This document shows, piece by piece, positions 39,974 to 49,719 of a stretch of 64,000 nucleotides of DNA (position 1 is its first letter; every line of letters begins with the position of its first letter). The position numbers and the translations under genes are program-made. The stretch spans positions 31,372,001 through 31,436,000 of the forward strand of contig NC_043013.1 of NCBI RefSeq assembly GCF_006345805.1, read 5' to 3'. The notes beneath the pieces were generated by a model that saw only the letters and a list, made by a program, of their open reading frames with translations, searched no databases and was not told where the DNA came from. This DNA comes from Octopus sinensis. Taxonomy: Eukaryota.

Positions 39974-42900
39974 TAGTATGTATATACATGTACATTTACA
40001 TAATGTTTGTGTGCGTGTGTTCGGGGGTGTATCGGACAACGTGACTATAGCTTTAGAAATGTGTCCATCACATTTCTTTTCTATTCATAACTTTCACAAT
40101 AGCAAATATAACACTCATTTATATTTGTGTCAACGCTTTTACTTCTAGCGAATTGTCGTTTCTTTTCGTCATATTACGTGAGCATGAAAACAGTTTTACT
40201 GTCCTTTTAAGAATAATGGAATGAATATGTGTTACCATTGCCAGAAATTGGTTTTCAAATTTATAATATACTTATTCTTATTATTGACGTCAAGATTTTT
40301 GTGCGCCGTGACAAATCATGGATATATAAACGTTAGAACAGGATTCATTTTTTACAGTTTTAGCTGATAAATATAAATGTTCCAAAAAATATTCTAGTGT
40401 GATGTTGTATTTATTGGCATGTATATATCGTGTATTTGTGTGGTAATGATGATGAAATTGTGGATAACTATTGTATCTGTATATCGAGACTGTCAATTTC
40501 TGTGTGTTTATCAGAGTTTGGGAGTTTGTGTGTTGAGAATATATTGTGTCAAATGCACTCTTTTAATATTGAATATGAGTGAAAACAAAGAGTCCCAAAA
40601 TGAAACGCGTTGTTTCCAAAGCTACTGAACGACAAATACATTCATATTATGCTAATGCACATTCTATAGAAATGAACATTTTTCGTTTGTTAGATTTTCA
40701 TTTGTGCAGTGAATTTTGTGCCGGACCACTGCATTTAGTGATTTTCGTGCTGATTTATGGGCGGCCATGTTTCTAATTATGCGACCTCCTTTGCATTTTG
40801 GATATAATCGTAACAATTAAAATTTTAAAAGAATTAGTAATAGTCATATTTCCAATCGGTAATAACCAATTTACTAAAAAAATATTCATTTATGAAATTG
40901 CATCCACTGAGCAACGTTGTAAAATATTAATAAATATGAATGAATCATGGTTAATTACGAAATCAAAAAATATTGTTGATTTTTCACGTAAACGACTTTC
41001 AGGATACACTGCATGGAAAAGTGTTTAAATAACGTTCTGATTTCCATGGGTTTCTTTAGATTTATATCTTTATAATGTCTAGATTTATTGTAAAGCGTTT
41101 ATGATTTATTTTGTTCAGTGAAAAACTGCTAGAAATCTAATATATCTCTTATTCTTACTAATTGGTGTCATTCCCCGTGACTCCACTTAATGCAGAGGTA
41201 AACTACGCAAGTATGTGTAAAAATGAAATTCTAAATGTAAGTAAAATTATATAAAAACGTGTTCCTTGTTCCAACAGAAATTTTTCTTCTGGCAACACTG
41301 CATCTGTCCAATATAATGGACGTGTAAACAAATTCATGTAAATAGATGCAAGAAAATAGATTCATTAAACCTGTTGGATTAAAATAATCTATGATATATT
41401 TCCTTTCAAATCAAGGGGTAATGTCGGCGTAAATTAAATATATTTGGCAGTAGCTGGTTGAAAACGTTCCCTGAGCCCTTCATAAGTGATAAGTGGTAGT
41501 ATATTGTACATTTCCGCTTATAATAGTTTCAAGATAAGGTCTAAAATTAAAACAATTCTTTGTTATTCGTGCCAACTTAGTTTTTTCAAAAGAATTCATC
41601 TAATAATTTTTTTTTCCTTTACCACGTTTTCATAAATGAAAGTAAACAACGTATTATTCATGAAAGTATAAACCAAGAAACCATTTTAATAAGAGTTAAA
41701 AAGAACTCATCGCCACAAAAATCAGTTGTAACTATGAGTTGTTTTAACTCTTATTTCTAGCAATACTGGTGCCGACTAGTGCCCTCACTCACTTGTGTAG
41801 GTAAGATAGATAAACAGATTATTGCGACACGAAATGAAAAGGTGAAACCTTTGATGTGGAACCGTTCACTGAGAATACAATACTAATTGTGATGAAACGT
41901 TTGTTGAGCTGAAACATACTCTTCTCCACTTGAAGTTCCAAGCGTTACACTAGCAGAATCATATGCGCTCAATTTTGCATAAATAAGTATATGTCAAGGT
42001 TATTTGAGGCAAACTGTGATAGAGTGTTGCTCATGGTAATTTCATATAGTAAGTCCATATAGTTTGATAAAATAAACATTCTTCGTTTATTGTGGTTTCT
42101 CTTATTGTCCATGCTTTTCCTAAGCATTTCTGGCAATGTCAGATATTCTTTTGAAACCATAGAAAATCGTTAAATTATTATTAAATCAGCTGTTGTTCTC
42201 ATTGTGTTTGTCATTTCACTACACAACTGACCGCAGCTCGATAAGACTTGAGTATGCGCAATATTTTGTTTGGGTTTTGTATTTTCTACTGAAGCTATTG
42301 CATCTAATATGTGTGGACTGTCTAATAATCCGCTTGTGCCTGATGTATATGAGCGAAAGTCTTCGGATTTATTATATTTATTGTCATTCACACTTCAGAT
42401 TTATCATATCTACTGTCAGTCACATTTTATGATGCTTATTTTCGGTTTCACTTCTCATTTTCACGCACTTTGCTTATACTTACTCTTAAAATTTTGATAG
42501 AATTTCTTTATTTTTCAATATCTGTAGAAGTTATACTGTCATTTAAGCATCTAAGATATGAATGAAGGCACAGAGTTTTCTATTGGCCATTGGCGATATA
42601 TAGATGATTTGAAATAACATTGTCCATAATATTTCGTATACCTGTAGGTATAGTTACTTTCTCATTCTCGGATATATTTTATAACTTAAGTTAGTGCTCT
42701 AGGTTGACAGCTTAATTTCCAGTGTGCAGCTATAAAACTGTCATGCAGGTATATATTGCTAAAGTGTGTGTACGTGCTTATGTGAGCGTGCTTATATGTA
42801 TGTGTGTGTTCTTGCGTATACGAATGCGCGTTTGTGTGCATGGTGGTGTGTGGGTTTGCGCGTACGTATGCGTGTATATTTGTTGCGTAAGCAAATACAA

Positions 42901-44952
42901 ATATACAACCACGTATATCTACATATATTTGGCTAAAACCTGGCTGCTAGATAAGGTAATTGATTCTTCCTTTACGGCCTTCATCTACTTAGCAGTTACA
43001 TCATGTATGGCTCTTCGTTATATGTAACTGGTAGGTCTCCGCCAAAATTGTTAAATCTTTTTTTTTTATCCTCATTAATTTCACTTTGATATTATTAACC
43101 AAGTTTATGCTGTTCTTGCTTCCCTGAAATTATTTGTTAGTATGCCTTTACATCATATGTATTCGTGACATTTTTCGAATAATTTCTAACGTTTAATCGT
43201 TTTCATAGCATCTGCCTTTTTCCATATGTCTGTCATTATGATTTGTATGCCCGCATCACATCTGTAGTTTAGGGAGTAACTGTTTCTCTTTGTTTTTTTA
43301 GTTGTGTAAAATAATCAAAATACACTTTTTGTCATATTTGCAAATGCTATCGGCATATAATTTTCCTTTATATCTACTTCGTTGTAGTCCAACATTAGAT
43401 ATATTACGAAAGTATACGATTTGTAGAAAATTGTCTATTTAAGGTAAATATAACCATCCTGTATATGAAAACGTTTCATTCCAAATGATTTATTCTGAGT
43501 GAAATAATTATATTACTTGCATCATTGTTTAGTATTGCTAACAGACTTATTGGCACTGCAAAGATATATATTAAGAATACGTTGAAGAATAGATTTTTCT
43601 GCAGCTCCAAAATCCTTGCTATAAATTTTTTATTTTTTTTTATTTTCATGTTCTGTTTCTACTCAGATATGCTACTTAGATCAAAAGTGTGTATTTGTGT
43701 GAATTATGCTATCCATTCTACAAAATATGGTACTAGAGGCGTTCAGTAATTTATTGTCTTCAAGTTTGCCTGGGTTCGTTTATCCACATCGCTTCATCAA
43801 CAGGAACAACAAAGTATTTCTCAAACGTCTCAGTTGGTACTGTTCTGCAACACCCAACGAGTGATTCCATGATTTTCTGTGGGTTTGTACCAGAACACAT
43901 TCTACAAAAGCTAAATATATATGAATGCCGTGTTGCTTGTAAGTTGCAAGTGATGAAGTGAGAGAGAGACTGAGAGAGACAGAGCATGAGATGCATAAAG
44001 TGAGATATAGTGAGAAAGAAAGAAAGAAAAATGAATGAAATGAAGTGAGAAAGAAAGAAAGGAAGACACTTTATTAAGCGGAATTATTTTTATAATTCTC
44101 TGTATGACATTTTAATGCGCACTGTCGGCTAATTATTATTGGCCTACTTGAAAAATCAGCTTGTTATTTGGCTATGTTATTCAAAGACAATATTTATACT
44201 GCTCTTGTGTGTTTATCAAGTGAAAGGCTTTCTCTTAATCCCCTCTCAGAAAGTTCTTTCTTCGTCTATAGCTTAGGCTATGTCACAACTGCTCAGTAGC
44301 TGAGCATTATAAATCTTTAATGGATCCACTCAGTTATTTTGGAAATTATATTCTTTTTTTTATGTTGTTATTCCAAACATGCAGCATTATCGCCGACAAG
44401 TAATATACATATATTGACAAGCAACATATGTACCATTTGAGATACCTTTCGTTATTATTGAAATCATCTATTGTTCATGTTTTGCAGTTGTTATCTTTAT
44501 CCTCGTTTGCAGTGGCGCTCCATTCCTATTTAGATTCAAGAAAAAACCGTTTCGTCCAAGAGTCGAATTGACTGACACGACATTTCATAACTGTACATGC
44601 GTTTCTATTTTACAAGGAGCTTATACTACAGTGGGTGTTTGATTCTGAGCTTTCCAGTATTTGTTATGCTGTTTTTACTGCAGTATATTTCAGGTTGTTT
44701 ACCATTGTTCTTTATTGATATCATGAAATACTGACAGTATCTTTCATGTTAGATATATTTTTTCAAGCATGTTTGCATAGTGCAAATTTTTCTTGCTTTT
44801 ATATATTTTCATCTGAGACGTTCGACAATGAGAACATTTCTACTGGCGACTAAAGTTTTCTATGAGCAACATATTTTTACGAACTGATATAGTGATATTC
44901 ATTTTTACATTTTTTTGGGGGGTGGGGCTGAGAATATATACATACATACACA

Positions 44953-45032
<80 letters not shown>

Positions 45033-45033
<1 letters not shown>

Positions 45034-45231
45034 CGCGAAGGTTTACGAAAATAAACAAAAGACGAAGGCAGGTGGAGTACAAACAAACAAACGTATTAGT
45101 ATGGCGCTCAAGAATAGACATAGAACAAGTCTTTTACGTTTCGAGCCTACGCTCTTCGACAGAAAGATACACAGAAAAAAACAAGGAGAGAAATAAATGC
45201 GTGTAGGAGCGAACGATCTATCATGGCGCCC
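45033..45231 (-). mobile_element. Family-A ~200 bp element between (TA)n tracts, carrying a minimal hammerhead
   Basis: Homologous to 46554-46750, 47236-47345 and 37812-37920. Confidence 0.8.
45130..45167 (-). ncRNA. Minimal type I hammerhead ribozyme, variant core CUGUCGA
   Basis: Minus strand UCUUU-CUGUCGA-A-GAGC(GUAG)GCUC-GAAA-CG-UA^AAAGA. Stem I 5 bp, stem II 4 bp, palindromic stem III ACGU; predicted cleavage between 45135 and 45134. Confidence 0.75.
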
Positions 45232-45354
45232 ATATATATATATATATATAATATATATTATATATATGTAGGTCCCGGGTTGATCCGGGGTTAACCACAG
45301 TAAGTAAGGTACTCAATACATAGCAGAGTAAAATTAATTTATTATATAGAAGGA

Positions 45355-45403
45355 GCTTCTACAGGACTAGTACTGTTTCATTCAAGAGAAATCTTCAGGA
45401 AGC
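45355..45403 (-). ncRNA. Type I hammerhead ribozyme, canonical core CUGAAGA (left arm of palindrome)
   Basis: GCUUC-CUGAAGA-UUUC(UCUU)GAAU-GAAACAG(UACUAGUC)CUGUA^GAAGC. Stem I 5 bp, stem III ACAG/CUGU, GUA cleavage triplet; stem II weak (U.U at base). Confidence 0.7.
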
Positions 45404-45404
45404 A

Positions 45405-45451
45405 CTTCCTGAAGATTTCTCTTGAATGAAACAGTACTAGTCCTGTAGAAG
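45405..45451 (+). ncRNA. Type I hammerhead ribozyme, canonical core CUGAAGA (right arm of palindrome)
   Basis: Stem I CTTC 45405-45408 / GAAG 45448-45451; core 45409-45415; GAAA 45428-45431; stem III 45431-45434 / 45443-45446; predicted cut after A45447. Confidence 0.68.
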
Positions 45452-45464
45452 CTCCTTCTATATA

Positions 45465-45512
<48 letters not shown>

Positions 45513-46047
45513 TATTATATATATATATATATACATATATACATGTTTAATTTTGAAGGTACGACCGGGAGAAATAGACACCAGAGTAGCCTAATGTCAC
45601 ATAAGCACTTTTAAGTTATTTCAAATAATACCTGCTGTGCTTTGCCTAAGATCTGTATTTTTAACTGTATTCTATTTAGTTATCACAGTCCATTCTTTCC
45701 TTCATCGTTTCTATCCATTTGTCATTTCATTTTCTATTTATTCGTTCATCCATTCGTATTAATTTTGTTTCGTCCTTTCTTCGCTTCCTCTCACGATTTA
45801 TGACGTCAAACTTCTTAATAGTATTTTAAAAATTACTAGAGCTCTCTATCAAATTTTTGTTTTTTATAATATTAAATATTATATAGTATAATTTTTACAT
45901 TTTTAAACATGGTTTATTAATGAACACGTACTTATAAACTCAACCCTGAAGAGATTGATACTGTATACCACCTTCTTTTTCGCCCGGATTAATATTAATG
46001 TATCCATCGAAACATATATATCGGTGATATAAATAATTTAAATATCA

Positions 46048-46092
46048 GCGGTGGTGCCCCAGCATGGCCGCGGCCTTCGGGCTAAAACATTT
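46048..46092 (+). mobile_element. SINE 3' tail fragment
   Basis: GGTGCCCCAGCATGGCCGCGGCCTTCGGGCTAAAACA resembles the tail GGTACTCCAGTATGGCCGCAG of 13684-14090. Confidence 0.5.
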
Positions 46093-46149
46093 TTAAGGAT
46101 TTAAGGATTTGAACCTCTTGTAAATTTGTTTCCATTTTCCACTTCTCAT

Positions 46150-46191
<42 letters not shown>

Positions 46192-46192
<1 letters not shown>

Positions 46193-46521
46193 GCGAGAAA
46201 AAAGCAACAAGAATGGATAGGTTTTTAGTACAATCGTTTCATACAAGGACAGGCTTTATTAAAAGTTGCAAAAATTGCAGCATATAAACGTGTCCCGTAT
46301 GCATCAGCTAAAATACATGTGAGTTCTCTAGACATCCTAGTGGTTGAGGCTACACTCATGAAGTAATGTAGATAATTAAGTAACATAACATGCTTTTTTC
46401 TCGTTTATAATCACCCCACATTACTGTATTGTTAAAACCGTATAGTTTGTTTTGGTGCATCTAAGTTAGGTACCATATTCAAGTAAATTCATTTAAATTA
46501 ACTTGAATCTTTATTGCTTTT

Positions 46522-46524
<3 letters not shown>
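46192..46524. mobile_element. Family-B element with internal inversion; hammerhead on minus strand at 46223-46313
   Basis: 46193-46310 is the reverse complement of 23908-24020, whereas 46393-46524 is collinear with 24009-24138. The junction 12-mer is inverted: CGAGAAAAAAGC / GCTTTTTTCTCG. Confidence 0.8.
46223..46313 (-). ncRNA. Type I hammerhead-like RNA with long stem II (core CUGAUGC)
   Basis: UUUUAG-CUGAUGC-AUACGGGACA...UGUCCUUGUAU-GAAACGAUUGUA^CUAAAA. Stem I 6 bp, stem II 10 bp with one bulge, self-complementary ACGAUUGU. Confidence 0.65.
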
Positions 46525-46553
<29 letters not shown>

Positions 46554-46556
<3 letters not shown>

Positions 46557-47165
46557 GGAGAATTCACAAAAAATACAAAAGACGAAAACAGGTGGTGTAG
46601 GCAACAAACAGATGTATTAGTCCAACGCTCGGGAAGTGAAAAAGTTTTTAAAGTTTCGTGCCTACGCTCTTCCACAGAAAGGAACACAGACGGAAACAAG
46701 GAAAGAAAATAAATAATATGTAGTGGCTAGCGATCTAGCATGGCGAACGCCAATCAAAGGGATCACACAGGAGAGCTAGGAGGAAGGGGAAATAATAAAG
46801 TAGTGGTGATCCCAAAACGAAGGTGCGCGTGCGTGTGTATAATAGGGCATGTATGTGCGTGTGGAAGAGGGCTGGTGATCTTAACGTGTGCATGTTTGCA
46901 TGTGTAGGTGTGTGGATGAAGGTGTGGTTCTGGAAAGTGGTCAGTTCTAGTGTGTGCATGGTGGTGTGATGTTATGTAGTGTTGTGGTGTGTGGTGTGGT
47001 GATGTAGTGGCGTTGGGATGTAGGAGAGGCAAGAATGTGGAAAGGAAGGGTGGAGTGTGGGTTAGGCTGAGGGCGGGAGTGGGTGTAAGGAATGGGTGGG
47101 GTGGAAGTGGATGGATAGGGGAGGAGGGTTACAGGAAGAGGAGACTTGAGTTATTCCGCAAACCG
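46554..47165 (-). mobile_element. Longest family-A copy (C/A-rich 5' part plus degenerate hammerhead at 46645-46682)
   Basis: Contains CTTT-CTGTGGA-A-GAGCGTAGGCAC-GAAACTTTA; the body matches 22690-23030 in reverse. Confidence 0.8.
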
Positions 47166-47235
47166 CTCATATATATATATATATATACATTTTCTTATTC
47201 TACTATATGTATATGTATGTATATATATATATATA

Positions 47236-47345
47236 ACGGGAAGCTTTATGAAAATAGACAAAAGACGAAGGCAGGTTTACGGAAATAACCAAACACGAAG
47301 GCAGGTGGAATACAAACAAACAATTGTATTAGTATGGCGCTCAGG
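47236..47345 (-). mobile_element. Family-A 3' fragment with short internal duplication, lacking the ribozyme
   Basis: AAAAGACGAAGGCAGG...ACGAAGGCAGGTGGAATACAAACAAAC...TATTAGTATGGCGCTCAGG. Confidence 0.75.
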
Positions 47346-47596
47346 AAATATAAATAAAACATAAAATAGTGTACCAAAGACTATCTATTTCTTATCCTAC
47401 TATATATGTGTGTTTGTGGTGTTTGAGTGTGTGGTGGGGGGATATATGTGAGTGTATAAACCAATATAGTAGGGGTCGAATTATGTCTATCTTTTTTTCA
47501 CTGCCGATGAAAAAAAGGCGTCAAGATGCGATAGTGACGTAATAGCGGAGATTACATCTCATTTAAACAACCTGATTCTTTTTACAATTATTATTA

Positions 47597-47660
<64 letters not shown>

Positions 47661-47688
47661 ATTATTATCATTATTATTATTATTATTA

Positions 47689-47731
<43 letters not shown>

Positions 47732-48476
47732 GAAAGTCTCTCGGACAATTCTTGATTACCCGTTCTTCTTTACTTGAAAGCAGGCAATAACAAATCACCA
47801 AGGGTTTCATGTAGTGCCTTCTCCTGTGACTCAAAGAAACATTACTCTCCTTGGAATGCGAGCTGTATCCAACAATGCTGTTTTGCGGATCAGCTGCAGC
47901 CTGACAGCAGCCTCCATATTTTTAATATGCTTTACAAAGCTCTTGGGAGCTGCTCCTAATTTTCCAGTTACCACCGGTATCACCATTTCTTTCTTCATTT
48001 CCCATAACATTCTATCTCGTCCTGCAGTGGCCGGTATTTGTCACACTTTACTGTTATATTTCACCCTCGAATCACATGCTATTGCAACGTCTATTACTTT
48101 CGCTCTCTGTCGAAATTCCATAGTATTCTGTAATGTTCGTTTTCCATTACTCCCTCTGACTTATGTTCATACCATTGTTCGGCTCTCTCGACGATTACTT
48201 TACCATACAAAAGCTTGTGGACATATCTGGCCACATTGTTGTGTCTCCTTTGGTATTCCCGTTTTGCGAGCTTACAGCACTCACTAACAATATTAATTAT
48301 ACATTCTCCATTCACAGACAACACTGTGGCGCGGCAGCGCTTTTATCAATGTGATATTTGGAACAGTTTGTTCTGAGGGCTTGTTTTTGTGCGCTTCCCA
48401 CTAATGCCTCAGTGGGCCATTTTAAGTCTCCTTTCTGCAGCCATTGCCTGGTTCTATTCCAATCAATTTCATCTTT
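47732..48476 (-). mobile_element. R4/Dong-type (restriction-like endonuclease) non-LTR retrotransposon 3' relic
   Basis: WLQKGDLKWPTEALVGSAQKQALRTN; C..C...E.I.NIVSECCKLAKREYQRRHNNVARYVH (CCHC finger); WYEHKSEGVMENEHYRILWNF; DVAIAC; VIPVVTGKLGAAP...QLIRKTALLDTARI. Stop at 47833-47831, followed by a ~100 nt UTR and (AAT)n. Confidence 0.85.
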
Positions 48477-48776
48477 CAGTTCTATATTTAAGTGATGAGA
48501 AATTATGTACATTATTTACGTTATTTACATTTGAGGAATATTTGTCCCCATCTGGTTTGTTGTTAACACAACGTTTCGGCTGACACACCTTCCACCCTTG
48601 TTCAGGTGTCTTGGGGAAATTTCGAACCTGGCTTCTCATCCCTAATGTATTTTTCGATGTTATCATTATTATTATAATTATTTTTGTTGTTGTTGTTATA
48701 GTTCAGGTCACTACTTAGAATCGAACTAGGAATCTTGGTTTTAGTACCTTGCGCTTATAACTAATACGCTATATGG
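48477..48776 (-). mobile_element. tRNA-headed SINE carrying a decayed hammerhead in its 3' half
   Basis: Head 48776-48700 with A-box-like TAGCGTATTAG and B box AGTTCGATTCT, an (AAT/AAC)n linker, then ACAC-CTGAACA-AGGGTG...CAGCC-GAAA-CG-TT^GTGT at 48609-48566. Confidence 0.7.
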
Positions 48777-49267
48777 AGTGAATTTTAAGGTTTATAAGTC
48801 TAATATTTTCCTAGCCTTCCTTAATACCGGTTTCCATATGCTACTCATATCTGCACTCAGCCTGCTTAGGGGGTTGTTGTGCCCTAGAATATGTGCTGCT
48901 TCTTTTAGTTTTCGTATATTCCAGTGGTGTTCTCTGTCTATTATTTAAACTTCATCCCACAGGGATATGTGGTCTCCATTTTCCCATAATAATAGACAGT
49001 GGAAACCACTGAAAAATACGAAAGATAAAAGAAGCAGCACATATGCTAGGACACCCACCATATGGTTGGTAAGCAAGCTACTTACCACACAGCCAGTCCT
49101 GCTTACTTTATGTTAATATATTGACCATTCGGGAAAACTTTTCAAGGGGGCACCGAACCATATATTATGTAATATTCCGTTATATGAATATCTTTTGATT
49201 TGAGTACATGGAAGTAGTCATTATAATTATTTGCATGTTGATTCCCGAGTATATTCACTATCAGAAC

Positions 49268-49719
49268 TCTTTACTCTTTTTACTCTTTTACTTGTTTCAG
49301 TCATTCGACTGCGGCTATGCTGGGGCACCGACTTTAGTCGAGCAAATCGACCCAGATTTATTCTTTGTAAGCCTAGTACCTATTCTATTGGTATATTTTG
49401 CCGAACCGCTATGTTACGGGGACTTAAACACACTAGCATCGGTTGTCAAGCGATGTTGGGGGGATAAACACTGACACACATACATATACACACACATACA
49501 TATACACACACATACATACATAGATATATATAAATATATATATGTATATAAATACAGTGGGCTTCTTTCAGCTTCCGTCTACCAAATCTACTCACAAGGC
49601 TTTGGTCGGCCCGAGGCTATAATAAAAGACACCTGCCCAAGGTGCCATGCAATGAGAATGAACTCAGAGCCATGTGGCTGGTAAGCAATCTACTTACCAC
49701 ACATCCACTCCTGCGCCTA
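49268..49719 (-). mobile_element. tRNA-derived SINE (second family), reverse copy; extra head fragment at about 49050-49105
   Basis: Reverse complement of 13684-14090. Confidence 0.85.

Larger units (their letters stand above)
45337..45470. repeat. Perfect 134 bp inverted repeat (66 bp arms, 2 nt centre) in a family-C element spanning 45268-45470
   Basis: Position i pairs with 90807-i from 45337 to 45402; centre CA at 45403-45404. Confidence 0.95.
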
